A DNA stretch of 64,000 nt, taken from the IMG/VR virus record IMGVR_UViG_3300022700_000186. The stretch is one strand, 5' to 3'. The stretch comes from an uncultured virus (IMG/VR IMGVR_UViG_3300022700_000186). Lineage: Duplodnaviria; Heunggongvirae; Uroviricota; Caudoviricetes. Below the pieces are notes generated by a model. It was not told the DNA's origin. It did no database searches and worked only from the letters and a program-made list of their open reading frames with translations. Every line of letters begins with the position of its first letter. The first letter of the stretch is position 1. The translations under genes were made by a program, and so were the position numbers. This document shows, in pieces, positions 15,705 through 26,193 of the stretch.

Positions 15705-16172
15705 ATGAGCACAAGATGTATAATAGCAAAGAAAATGCAAGGTGGAAAATACAAAGCAGTTTACTCACATTGGGATGGATACCCAGAAAAACCTGGTGCT
15801 GGTTGGACTTTAAGAAACAATTACACAACAACACAAAGTGTAAACAAACTGTTATCAAAAGGAGACATAAGTTCTCTTCGAGGAAAAATCGGAAGGAAAC
15901 ATGACTTTGATGATTATCAAACTGCAAAAATAAATGACTGGTCGACTTTCTATTATAGAGATAGAGGGGAATCATGGTCAGAAACAAAACCAAAGATGTT
16001 TAGCAGTCTTAAAAATCTTATAGATTATGCTTCTGGCTCATGGGCTGAGTATCTCTACATTTTCGAAAATGGAGAATGGCATTATATAGATTTGGAACAA
16101 CCAGGTACAATGATGTCAGCAGGTGGAGCATCACCAACTCCAGGATGGCAAACCAATTATTGGGGTGTGTAA
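15705..16172 (+). CDS. Widespread phage family protein (MSTR..YxHWDGYP..EYLY) with C-terminal W-tag
   Basis: Ends TPGWQTNYWGV after a Gly/Ser/Ala linker. Confidence 0.75.
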   Translation: MSTRCIIAKKMQGGKYKAVYSHWDGYPEKPGAGWTLRNNYTTTQSVNKLLSKGDISSLRGKIGRKHDFDDYQTAKINDWSTFYYRDRGESWSETKPKMFSSLKNLIDYASGSWAEYLYIFENGEWHYIDLEQPGTMMSAGGASPTPGWQTNYWGV

Positions 16173-16543
16173 TGAGTATCACAGAATTGAACCGTGTGAT
16201 TAAACAATTTGCCAAAACACATGGTACTGATATCTACCGTTACGGATTGTGTAGTGAGTTTGCAGTTGCTTTAAAACGATTTCTCGGTGGTGGTGAACTG
16301 TATAAACACGGTTTATTTCATGTTTGCCTAAAATATAAAGGATATTACTGTGATATTAGAGGATGCCAAACAGAATCACAACTTCTAATGGATGACCCAA
16401 TGGCATTATCAAAAGATGCTAACCGTAAAGCAAAACCAGAAGAAGTTCAACATTTAATGAATCTTCTTAAAAATGACCAAGTTCAAAAAATAATTAAAGG
16501 ATTAAAAGACGCAAAAAAAATGGTGGTGAAAAAATTAGATTAA
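16172..16543 (+). CDS. Papain/transglutaminase-like Cys-His-Asp protein
   Basis: YGLCSEFAVAL..FHVCL..YCDIRG. Confidence 0.6.
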   Translation: MSITELNRVIKQFAKTHGTDIYRYGLCSEFAVALKRFLGGGELYKHGLFHVCLKYKGYYCDIRGCQTESQLLMDDPMALSKDANRKAKPEEVQHLMNLLKNDQVQKIIKGLKDAKKMVVKKLD

Positions 16544-16575
16544 TACTCGATTCAACAGGACCTGTTAAGAAAAGA

Positions 16576-17319
16576 ATGAGCTTACCAACATGGGGACCTA
16601 AAACCAACAGTATATTAGATGAAAGAAATGAAAGAGATGACAGAGATTCTTTTTCGTTTGGAATAACACCAAAAAAACAAGTTCTTCCCGATGCTGGCAA
16701 TCAACCAGATGCTACACAAAAACATTTAGATTACTACAGAAGAAACAAACAAAACATCATTCCGCCAATCGTTAAATCTTCGTTAAAGAAACATCCAAGT
16801 GATGTTCTTCATGGTTCACGTTCTTTAAAGATGTTGATACCGAATTACCCTCGTGACCCAGGAGATTGGGATGTACTTTCTCCAGAAGAAAAAAGACGAG
16901 CTCTTGCTTACGAAAGAGCAATTGATGAGCGAGTTGGAGCTGATATTGCTCAAACACATTATATTCAAATTCCAAAAACATCAATCGGACCAGATGACCC
17001 AGGAACTTCCAAACATTTGTATCGAGTAGTTACACCAAGAATATCAAACGATGCTGAAATTGATGTTATGGATAGACCAGATGATTTGAAAACAGAAAGA
17101 CATAAGGGAATAACACATGAAGCTCTGACGGAGCAATACAAGAAAGCAGTTACTCGACAGAGTAGGCAACCTTTAAAAGCTCAAAAAGCATTGGCTGACC
17201 AAAGAGCAATTGAATCATACTGGGAACGACAAGGAAAAATGCCACCTGTCGTAGAAGAACAAAGGAAAGGTTTTGGAATGACCGGCAGTATTCGATTACG
17301 AAAAAATATAAAAATTTAG
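16576..17319 (+). CDS. Pol-beta-superfamily nucleotidyltransferase
   Basis: LHGSRS..PGDWDV..EIDV (GS, DxD, third Asp). Confidence 0.7.
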   Translation: MSLPTWGPKTNSILDERNERDDRDSFSFGITPKKQVLPDAGNQPDATQKHLDYYRRNKQNIIPPIVKSSLKKHPSDVLHGSRSLKMLIPNYPRDPGDWDVLSPEEKRRALAYERAIDERVGADIAQTHYIQIPKTSIGPDDPGTSKHLYRVVTPRISNDAEIDVMDRPDDLKTERHKGITHEALTEQYKKAVTRQSRQPLKAQKALADQRAIESYWERQGKMPPVVEEQRKGFGMTGSIRLRKNIKI

Positions 17320-17330
17320 AGGAAAAATAA

Positions 17331-17552
17331 ATGGACTTTATACCAGCTTTCTACTTTATAACATCGCTAGTAATATTTGGATTACTCATGTATGTCTTTA
17401 ATCCAATCATAGATTACCTACAAGTTATGTTTAGTGTATCTGGTCCCTGGGCTGAAGCGATGATGTTCTTCTGGTCTTTGCTAGCTTTAATCAACTTATT
17501 TGGAAGTGGAATAAAGTTCATTATGAACATGCAAAAGAAAAGTCGTTACTAA
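17331..17552 (+). CDS. Two-TM small membrane/virion protein
   Basis: Two hydrophobic helices, basic tail. Confidence 0.7.
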   Translation: MDFIPAFYFITSLVIFGLLMYVFNPIIDYLQVMFSVSGPWAEAMMFFWSLLALINLFGSGIKFIMNMQKKSRY

Positions 17553-17619
17553 AATCTTTTTAGTAACTTATATATAAAAAGAACGCCATATATAATATGG
17601 ACAAAGGTGGTGAGAAGTC

Positions 17620-17904
17620 TTGTCAGATATGTCAAACTGGACCAGAACATCCGTAGGATTAGCTGTATTTGGATTTATCAATATGATATTATTCCTAACG
17701 CTGTCAAGTCCTGTTGGTACTGTATTTAATATTGTAGAGGAACAATCAAACGAAACACTGAATGGAACAGGATATGATAGCCAGGTAAGTGGTTTTATTG
17801 GTAATTTAAGAACCATATTTGGTTTGGTTTTTGTTTTTTCAATGTTTGGTCTTGCTCTGTGGTTCTTCTTAGGTAGTCATAAACAGGAATATGAAGATTA
17901 TTAG
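17620..17904 (+). CDS. Two-TM hairpin membrane/virion protein
   Basis: Two hydrophobic helices, loop with NET/NGT sequons; TATA near 17568. Confidence 0.7.
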   Translation: MSDMSNWTRTSVGLAVFGFINMILFLTLSSPVGTVFNIVEEQSNETLNGTGYDSQVSGFIGNLRTIFGLVFVFSMFGLALWFFLGSHKQEYEDY

Positions 17905-17912
17905 GTGTAAAA

Positions 17913-20900
17913 ATGAATAAAGAATTTACTCTGTTTGTTGTAATAACTTTACTGTTATCTTCTCTTTCAGTATCAATATTACTTAATGATAGTACTGTTT
18001 CCGCTTCTCCAAATTCTCTTTATGTTTGGGGAGACGCACCTGCTGGATGGTACAATGAAACAAAAGTAAGAACGATTCAGGAAGGTATTGATAACGCTTC
18101 TTCTGGAGATACAGTATATGTCTGGGAAGGGAACTGGTATGAACCTGATTCTATTTCTATAGACAAATCAGTAAATATCATAGGGAATTCATCTTCAGAT
18201 GTTGTTATATCAATGGCTTCTGCTCAATCCCTTGATATAGATAGTGATGGAGTTAACATTTCAAATATCAACATCACTTCAGGAGGAAGTTGTATAGAAT
18301 CAATTTATGACAACATCAACATATCAAACTGCTTAGTTGGTTACAATTCATCAGGAACTTTTGATTTTATCAGTGATAATATCACTTTGTATAATAATTC
18401 ATTCTATAGTGGATGTGGAACTATTGAAATGGATTTACAAGGAGATAACCACACTATAGAAAAAAATTATTTTTACATCAATCAAACAAGTTTTCCTTCT
18501 CCTCAAATGGATTTTTCAACTGAAAATTTGACTGTACGAAATAACACGTTTACATTTACAGGAGACAATTATGCTATATGTAGTATTCAAGAAAATAACT
18601 CATTAATATACAATAACAATTTTACTAACGTCTCATTATCCTTAAGGTTAGACCATCGTCTTAATGGTTACAATATCACAAATAACAAATTTATGTACTC
18701 AGGTATTATTTTTTATCCAATTGAGTATCATAATGAATTTCAAAAAGTAAACATTATAAATAATACAATCAATAACACTGAAATCATTTTTGTTAACGAC
18801 ACGTCTTCGTATTCTCTTTCAGATAATGATTCAGTCGCTCAAGTTATTTGCTTGAATGTTTCAGATGTATCTATTAGTAATATCGGAAAGATTAATGAAA
18901 CAGCGAATACTATTATGCTCACATTTATCAATTGTGGAAATGTAACATTAGACGGATTTACAGATGAAACAAAGAATGTTGTTCTTACTCTTTCCTTAAA
19001 CACAAAAAATACGACTATACAAAACGTATCCATTTCAAATAATTTAACTCACGTTTTTCAATATGGATTTTTTAATTTAATTGTAACAAATATAACAATG
19101 AATAACGTTACTGTACAAAATGACTATAAGATAGATAATACATGCTTTTTATATCAATCTGGTAACGCAACATTCACAAACATTAACATTACTCATTTCG
19201 ATGCTGGTTTTGCAATTTTTGATGGATATCTAAATATTAACAACACCGAATCATATAATGTATCAAGTTTTATCTCTTCTCCTAATTCTATATCTCCAAT
19301 TCTAACAAATTCCAGTATAAATAAGGTAGAAACATTATCTTCTACAACAGCGGAATCGTTTTTTATCAAAAATGTTACTGTAAACGCATCATCTGGAACG
19401 TCTTTAGTAAACACAACAGGAAACTTAACGATAATTGACTCTTACTTTAGCGGGACAGATTATAACAACTTGATATACTCAAAAGGAAACAATAACACAA
19501 TCCGAAACACAACATTAACAATAACATCAAATTTTGGTGTTAGAATTGGCAGTCATTCAAGAAACACAAATATTGTCAATCTTTCTGTTATTACATCTTC
19601 AGACGCTGATGCTCTTTGGATTAGTAATGGTTCAAGTAATGTACTTGTTAAGGATTGTTCAATAGAAAATAGTAGTATTACAATTGATTCAATAAGAAAT
19701 GTAAGTGTTGAAAATTTAGATATAAAACATGCAAACCTATGTGATTTTTCATCATTAAAATTCATAAACGTTACTAACAGTAGTTTTATGGATTGCACAT
19801 CAATTAGGGTATGTAACTCAGATGAAATTAACTTTTCAAATAATAACATAACCGATTTGGAAAATGGTGAAGATTATTTAGTAGACTTTTCTTACTCAAA
19901 TAACTCATTTGTAAGTAATAATAAAATGGAAAGTTTAGGAGGAGAAACAACAAGTACAGCGTTTAAATTTTCTCAACAAGCGCTCCCAGTTGCTCGCAGT
20001 AATCATGTAATCAAAAATAATACTATAGCAAATTTCAGTTGTGGTGTTTTTGTTTCATATGAAGATAACGTTAGTATCTTGAATAATAGTATTACAAATT
20101 GCTTAGAAGCAGGCTTATATCATATGTGTACTAACGACACTTTAATATCTGGTAACTATATATCTGGGGATTATTGTATATATATTGAGGGTATTGAGAC
20201 AAATCAGAAGTTGTTCAGAAATTGTACTATCAGAGATAATACTCTTTCAGCATCTGATAATGAGTTTGCAGTTTACGCTGAATCATTTAGTTTTCTAAAC
20301 ATTACAAATAATACAATTAATAGTAATGGTGATGGGGTTTATATTTATGACTGTTTTGGAACAAACACAAGTTATAACACAATAACTGCTTCATATAGCA
20401 TATATATAGAAGCCAATTCAGGTCCAAGTCCACTATCAAACCATACTATTTATAATAATTATCTTTCTGGTGATGTTAGTGATATTTGTATGTTGTTTGA
20501 AGACAATATAACTATTGACCGTAACACATTAACTGGTAGTAATGGATGTTTTTTAGGTACATGTAGAAATATTACTATTACAAATAACTCAGTAAGGAGT
20601 TCGGGAACAGGTATTAATTTGGACTCTGTTACTAATTTTACTCTTTATACAAATTACATTATAGATAATAAATATGGCTTGAATATAACCAGTGTGACAA
20701 GTACAAGCAACCAAGGACTGATATATAATAACTGGTTTGAAAATGAAGTTACAAATGCATGTACCTGTGATGTTGGTTCTGATATAAGGTGGAATGTAAC
20801 CAAACGTGAAGGAGTAAATATTGTAGATGGACCTTATATTTTTGGTAACTACTGGCATGATTATACTGGTGTAGACACGGATGGTGATTGGATTGGTAAT

Positions 20901-20948
20901 TCGGTGTATAATTTACCAGAATGCTGTGGAGGCGGTTTAATTGATTGA
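17913..20948 (+). CDS. Secreted parallel beta-helix (NosD/PbH1) glycoprotein
   Basis: Signal peptide, TIQEGIDNASSGDTVYV, many IxNNxI repeats, GNYWHDYTGVDTDGD cap, many NxS/T sequons. Confidence 0.88.
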   Translation: MNKEFTLFVVITLLLSSLSVSILLNDSTVSASPNSLYVWGDAPAGWYNETKVRTIQEGIDNASSGDTVYVWEGNWYEPDSISIDKSVNIIGNSSSDVVISMASAQSLDIDSDGVNISNINITSGGSCIESIYDNINISNCLVGYNSSGTFDFISDNITLYNNSFYSGCGTIEMDLQGDNHTIEKNYFYINQTSFPSPQMDFSTENLTVRNNTFTFTGDNYAICSIQENNSLIYNNNFTNVSLSLRLDHRLNGYNITNNKFMYSGIIFYPIEYHNEFQKVNIINNTINNTEIIFVNDTSSYSLSDNDSVAQVICLNVSDVSISNIGKINETANTIMLTFINCGNVTLDGFTDETKNVVLTLSLNTKNTTIQNVSISNNLTHVFQYGFFNLIVTNITMNNVTVQNDYKIDNTCFLYQSGNATFTNINITHFDAGFAIFDGYLNINNTESYNVSSFISSPNSISPILTNSSINKVETLSSTTAESFFIKNVTVNASSGTSLVNTTGNLTIIDSYFSGTDYNNLIYSKGNNNTIRNTTLTITSNFGVRIGSHSRNTNIVNLSVITSSDADALWISNGSSNVLVKDCSIENSSITIDSIRNVSVENLDIKHANLCDFSSLKFINVTNSSFMDCTSIRVCNSDEINFSNNNITDLENGEDYLVDFSYSNNSFVSNNKMESLGGETTSTAFKFSQQALPVARSNHVIKNNTIANFSCGVFVSYEDNVSILNNSITNCLEAGLYHMCTNDTLISGNYISGDYCIYIEGIETNQKLFRNCTIRDNTLSASDNEFAVYAESFSFLNITNNTINSNGDGVYIYDCFGTNTSYNTITASYSIYIEANSGPSPLSNHTIYNNYLSGDVSDICMLFEDNITIDRNTLTGSNGCFLGTCRNITITNNSVRSSGTGINLDSVTNFTLYTNYIIDNKYGLNITSVTSTSNQGLIYNNWFENEVTNACTCDVGSDIRWNVTKREGVNIVDGPYIFGNYWHDYTGVDTDGDWIGNSVYNLPECCGGGLID

Positions 20949-23883
20949 AAATCAATACAATTTTGTTGACACTATTCTTTCTTATACTAAAAAAAGAAAG
21001 AGAAACATAAGATTATTACTACTTACATTTATGATGCTTGCATCATCTTTCACAGCATTTACTCCTTCTGTGTCTTCAATACCAGATTCGTATCCTATAT
21101 CAAGCGTAGATGATTTGGAAAGTATGTCAAGTGACTCTTGGTATTATCTTACAGATGATATTGATTTTGCTGATGAGTATACAGAAGGTTCATGGTCAGA
21201 CTGGAATTCAGGTTTAGGATGGATGCCAATTGATTCTTTTTCAGGTGCTCTTAATGGAAATGGATATACAATAAAGAATCTATACATCAATCGTACTGGA
21301 AGAGATTACGTTGGCTTTTTCGGTTCAATAAGTGGAAACTCAGATAATTTATTTGGAGATGTTTACTCTATTAATTTTGAGGATGCTGACATTACAGGAA
21401 GCAACTATGTCGGAGTTGTTACTGGTAGTACAGATGATGATATATATTGCTGTAACATAACAGGAACAGTGACAGGTTCTAATAACGTTGGAGGAGTAGC
21501 TGGAGCAGCAGGTTCAACAAGTTCATACATAAGAAAGGTTTATTCAGGTTGTGATGTAACAGGAAACACAAACGTTGGTGGTCTTGCTGGATTATTTTCT
21601 TCTGGTTCATTGTATTACTGTTTTGGTAATGGAACTATAGATGGTTCTGGTTCAGTCGGTGGTCTAGTTGGTTCACTTGAAGAAGGAGATATACAAAACT
21701 GTTATTCGATGTCACCGACAACTGGTTCAACAGAAGCTGGCGGTTTGATAGGTTATTATAATTCTGTTACAACCGATGCTGAGGTGCGTTATTGTTGGTG
21801 TAATGGAAGTGCAACTGGTTTTTTTGGTAATGTTAGCATTGAGAATATTGAGTATACAGCAAATTTTATTGATGAAGACACATCTGGTTGTACACAAGAT
21901 TGGGGGGCATTATCAAGAACAACAGCACAGATGCATGACATTGACACATACACTAACCTAAATGGTGATAGTTGGGATATTGCACTATATGATGATTATA
22001 CGGATGAAACATGGTATATTAATAATCCACATGATTATCCACACTTAGGATGGGAATACATCAGTCCTGGAAACGGAACCGATTACGGTCCACTTTTACC
22101 TGCTGGTAATATTACAACCTGTGTTTATAACGAATCAAATATGTCACAGCAGATTCCTTTTTCTATTTTTATCACAAATCAAGATGGCACAGAAACCTAC
22201 GAAGCAACAACACAAACAGCAAATTGTATTGTTCTACCCACGTCTCAACTTCCAAGAGGGGACGATACAATATTCATTATAGAAAGTCCTGGTTACAAAT
22301 TAAGAGAGTACTTAAGAGATGTTGAGCTAGGAACAGAATATGACTTTACATTTTATCTTCCACCATTAGAAACAACAAATAACGAAGATGGAGACGGTGA
22401 TGGTGAAGGTGATGGTGAACAGGAGTGCTACTTACGGAGCAAAACAGATTTAGCAGAAGTTTCAGGAACAGGAGACCAAACAGTAACACTTACTTATCCT
22501 TACGAATCAATTACAGCAGTATCTATTTATGATAACGGTGAAGAAACAACCGAAGCAACAAAAAGCGACATAAAAACAGTATCAAATCCAAGTACCGATG
22601 AAACAATAACATTACAGGAAAATCCGACGGAAATAACTGCTGTTTATCAATATAATGATACCTTATATGTAGGATGGGAATCTGTCGCAAATGATAAGTA
22701 TTCTGTTAGTGGTAGTGATGTAACTGTTGATAGTTCTGCTCTTGATGATAACTCTAAACAGATTAGAGTTGACTACAAATATGAAGAAGTAGATTACGGA
22801 TATGGAGAGTGGATATCTGTATCAAATGATTATTGGAGTGCAACATCTGATACGGAAATAACCATTGATTCTTCTGTTTACGACAGTGATGCTTACACCA
22901 TGTCAAGGGTAGAATATCAATATGAACATTGTGATGGTGTAACACAGGAAACATTACTTTATCAAGTAGAAGTAGTCGGTCCTCAAGGTGAGTATAGTTC
23001 TGCTCCTATATCTGGAGTAAAACTAATATTCAAAAGATATAATCCGAATTTGGATGAATTCGTAGAAGTATCTTCATCCCGCTCTGATGCAAACGGTCAA
23101 GTTGGTGTTTATCTTATTCCTGGTGTTTACTATCGAGTTCATTTGTCAAAAGATAACTATGTTTCTGATATAGCAAATTTTATTCCTAATCCAGTAATAC
23201 AGACAAAAACGTTTAGAATTGTCCCAGATTTGTCAGACCTTGTGGATAGCTATAACTTTTACGACCTCATAGATTTGGAAGTAGGATGGTATTCTGATGG
23301 TTTCTACGTTAATTATACAGATACTACCAATAGTACAGTAATTGTGAACTTTACAGTACGTAACTATTCTAGTAGAGAAATTGTTCACACTGAATTGGAA
23401 ACAAATAGCACACAGAATTTTACGTTTACTACAGCAGAAGGATGTAATCTTTCAAAACCATATATTTGGTCAATTAATTGTACGTTATCTAATGAAACAT
23501 ATGGTGGAACTTACTACATGGGACCACCTATATTTCCAGCAGAAGAAGGAACGGTTGATATCAATCGTAGCGAAATAGATGACATATTTGATGTTATATT
23601 TGGAGACAGTCCGCTTTATAATTCAGATTCAGGAATATCTGTTCCTTGGTCTTATATTATTGTTTTTGCGATTGCTTTTATTATCTTTACAACTGTTGGC
23701 AAGTTGAATGGTTTTCTTGGATTCCTTGGTGCTGGTCTTGTTTTAGTAATGGCTGGCGGTTTAATTTCAGGAATGGAAATTATCGGAGATGGTTTAGGGT
23801 GGCAAGGTCCTGTTACAATGGTTATTGGATTCTTCATGATAGCGGTTTCATTTATAGGATTAATAGGAGGTGTTGAAAAGTGA
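20941..23883 (+). CDS. Membrane-anchored adhesin: GLUG repeats, beta domains, three C-terminal TMs
   Basis: YYLTDDIDF, GWMPI..FSGALNGNGYTIKNLYINR, VGGLAG repeats; hydrophobic C-terminus. Confidence 0.85.
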   Translation: MIENQYNFVDTILSYTKKRKRNIRLLLLTFMMLASSFTAFTPSVSSIPDSYPISSVDDLESMSSDSWYYLTDDIDFADEYTEGSWSDWNSGLGWMPIDSFSGALNGNGYTIKNLYINRTGRDYVGFFGSISGNSDNLFGDVYSINFEDADITGSNYVGVVTGSTDDDIYCCNITGTVTGSNNVGGVAGAAGSTSSYIRKVYSGCDVTGNTNVGGLAGLFSSGSLYYCFGNGTIDGSGSVGGLVGSLEEGDIQNCYSMSPTTGSTEAGGLIGYYNSVTTDAEVRYCWCNGSATGFFGNVSIENIEYTANFIDEDTSGCTQDWGALSRTTAQMHDIDTYTNLNGDSWDIALYDDYTDETWYINNPHDYPHLGWEYISPGNGTDYGPLLPAGNITTCVYNESNMSQQIPFSIFITNQDGTETYEATTQTANCIVLPTSQLPRGDDTIFIIESPGYKLREYLRDVELGTEYDFTFYLPPLETTNNEDGDGDGEGDGEQECYLRSKTDLAEVSGTGDQTVTLTYPYESITAVSIYDNGEETTEATKSDIKTVSNPSTDETITLQENPTEITAVYQYNDTLYVGWESVANDKYSVSGSDVTVDSSALDDNSKQIRVDYKYEEVDYGYGEWISVSNDYWSATSDTEITIDSSVYDSDAYTMSRVEYQYEHCDGVTQETLLYQVEVVGPQGEYSSAPISGVKLIFKRYNPNLDEFVEVSSSRSDANGQVGVYLIPGVYYRVHLSKDNYVSDIANFIPNPVIQTKTFRIVPDLSDLVDSYNFYDLIDLEVGWYSDGFYVNYTDTTNSTVIVNFTVRNYSSREIVHTELETNSTQNFTFTTAEGCNLSKPYIWSINCTLSNETYGGTYYMGPPIFPAEEGTVDINRSEIDDIFDVIFGDSPLYNSDSGISVPWSYIIVFAIAFIIFTTVGKLNGFLGFLGAGLVLVMAGGLISGMEIIGDGLGWQGPVTMVIGFFMIAVSFIGLIGGVEK

Positions 23884-24344
23884 AGGCAATAGACATTATG
23901 TTATTTCTTTTATTGTTCAACGTAATGATTTCAATTGTAGGAGCAGCTGGGTTGAACATTTATAGATTAGGTGTTGAACCAGAAGATTCAAGATATGATG
24001 CTGAAAATTTAGCAGAAGGTAACACAGGAAATAAAGCATATTACTACTTTATAGGTGGTTTCGGTGCAGCTTTACTTGGTGTTGGAGCTGGTATAGGAGC
24101 GGTAGTAGGATTGGTAAGTGGAAGACCGACAGCTGAGTATGCAGCTTATGGTTTTTTTGCAGCTTTAGTGACAGCAATCTTTGTCAGCTCTTACAGTATC
24201 CTATCAAGCATTGCAATGGTTATTCCAGAAAATGCACGATTTGGTGTTCAAATCGTAATAGGTCTGTTTATTGGTATTAGTGGAATTATGGTTGCTCTTG
24301 GATTCATGCAGCTTATACGAGGTGGTGTATCATCACATATGTAG
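23880..24344 (+). CDS. Multi-TM membrane protein
   Basis: Four hydrophobic Gly/Ala-rich segments. Confidence 0.75.
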   Translation: MKAIDIMLFLLLFNVMISIVGAAGLNIYRLGVEPEDSRYDAENLAEGNTGNKAYYYFIGGFGAALLGVGAGIGAVVGLVSGRPTAEYAAYGFFAALVTAIFVSSYSILSSIAMVIPENARFGVQIVIGLFIGISGIMVALGFMQLIRGGVSSHM

Positions 24345-24418
24345 GAAAAATAATATTCCTAATAGTTATATTATTCGTATTTATATCTCCTGTTGTTTTC
24401 GGGGATTCATTAAATAGC

Positions 24419-25693
24419 GTGGAACTAGCATATCAACAGTCTGGTTCATATGATTTTGAAGCCCTTTCAACAAATGGTGAAGGTATTATATTTGCTGGAG
24501 GAGGTATTGAACCTTTAACAGTAGCGGCATTTTCATCAACATCTAATTCTATGGAATATAAATCTCAGTCAGGAGGTGACGATTTGGGTATAGGAAGTAT
24601 TAATGATGTTGGTTGGGTCGGTAATGCAATAGTAGAAATAGGAGAAATAAGTTGTTTTGTTGCTTGTGGTGATGGTGGTGCGCAATTCTTTGCATACGCA
24701 GACGCAGAAGAACCAGTTCTTTATGAAGGAGATACTACTATGGAAATATCTGTAATAACAAGTATGGCTCACGATGGAACGTATACTTATTTTTATACAT
24801 CAATTATAGATGCCGCAGAATCAGATGAACTTCATGCTTATAGTATTAATCTTGAGACAAGTGAATTTACTGAACTTGATACTATTGTGACATCTGGTGC
24901 GACAGGAGAAATAGCTTGTAGTGAGAATTACATATGGGTTCCAGTATCAGAAGGTGTAGAAGTATATTCGTTCGATGGCGAATCATTATCACTTGCTTGT
25001 TCATTAGAAAATTCAGATTTTGAAGATGGATTAGGTATTGTGGGTAGTGTATCTTCAGATTATGTTATTGGATATTATAGTGGTGGTGGAATTTGGGCAT
25101 TAAGTTGTGACGGTGAAAGTATTACTGTAGAGGATTATTATGAGACGAGCGTATCTGACTTGAGTACGTATGAATCTGGAAATACCATATATATTCAGAG
25201 TTTATATATTCAGGACCTAAACCTTGATATTTTTAGATTTCACAAAGGTAATGAAACAATACAACACGATTATACATTAGATGTATCAGAATATATAGAG
25301 TCGTTTAGTTACGGAGACATGTTATATGAACCGACAACAGGTTATCTTATCGCGTGGGATGATTGGATTGCTTTTGATATTGATTATATAAATGCTGTTC
25401 CACCGATTGACATTAGTTTTGACGATTTCATAGACGATGGTATCTTTAAAATATCATTTTCGCCATATGTTGCTATTCTCGGAAACTTTACATGGGGAAT
25501 CATTTTCGGTTTTATCGGTGCTGGTTTGTATGCTAACGAAAGAAGTATAGCAGTAATATCTGCATACCTAATTCTTGTTGGAACGTTTTTCAGTATCATT
25601 CTACCGTATTCTGTGGTATATCTATTCGGTCTGGTGCTCGCATTTGTATTAACTGTAATATTCTTTGTAGCATTCATACGAAAAAAGACGTAG
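24419..25693 (+). CDS. Acidic beta-propeller-like surface protein with three C-terminal TMs (true start probably upstream)
   Basis: Repeating beta blades; in-frame signal-like segment at 24341-24410. Confidence 0.7.
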   Translation: MELAYQQSGSYDFEALSTNGEGIIFAGGGIEPLTVAAFSSTSNSMEYKSQSGGDDLGIGSINDVGWVGNAIVEIGEISCFVACGDGGAQFFAYADAEEPVLYEGDTTMEISVITSMAHDGTYTYFYTSIIDAAESDELHAYSINLETSEFTELDTIVTSGATGEIACSENYIWVPVSEGVEVYSFDGESLSLACSLENSDFEDGLGIVGSVSSDYVIGYYSGGGIWALSCDGESITVEDYYETSVSDLSTYESGNTIYIQSLYIQDLNLDIFRFHKGNETIQHDYTLDVSEYIESFSYGDMLYEPTTGYLIAWDDWIAFDIDYINAVPPIDISFDDFIDDGIFKISFSPYVAILGNFTWGIIFGFIGAGLYANERSIAVISAYLILVGTFFSIILPYSVVYLFGLVLAFVLTVIFFVAFIRKKT

Positions 25694-25703
25694 GTGGTGT
25701 TGC

Positions 25704-25991
25704 TTGAATAAGATAATAAGAATCAATGTTTGGAATACAGATAAAGAAGTAAGAGACGCAATGAAGCGTATTGTAGACCAAATCGAGAAACACAACTACG
25801 CTATCTGTGGAAACCGTCTAGCAGTAAGATTGTTTTCCCGAAGTGTTCCAGAAACGTACCGACGCAATAATACAATTATGTTTACTAGAAATCCGACAAA
25901 TGTAAATTACCTTGGTGTTATAACAGTTCAACCAAACTATCATGTAGAAAGAAAAGGAAAATGGAATTTTAGAATAAGGATAAGAAAATGA
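25704..25991 (+). CDS. Basic hypothetical protein
   Basis: TTG start after GGTGGTG SD. Confidence 0.55.
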   Translation: MNKIIRINVWNTDKEVRDAMKRIVDQIEKHNYAICGNRLAVRLFSRSVPETYRRNNTIMFTRNPTNVNYLGVITVQPNYHVERKGKWNFRIRIRK

Positions 25992-26188
25992 AAAAAATTA
26001 ATAAATTTGTAATACTCATTGCAATTTCATTGCTTGCATCTTATATTTTAGCTTCTAATCTAGAATTAAAAAATGATGATTCCCATATCGAAACAGTCCA
26101 GTACAAAACAAAAGACGACTCCTCAGTAGAATCTTCAATTACTTCAATAAAAATAATCACCAATTTTGGTTTTAAAAAACATTCCTAG
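25988..26188 (+). CDS. Small secreted/membrane protein
   Basis: N-terminal hydrophobic segment. Confidence 0.5.
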   Translation: MKKINKFVILIAISLLASYILASNLELKNDDSHIETVQYKTKDDSSVESSITSIKIITNFGFKKHS

Positions 26189-26193
26189 ATTAT

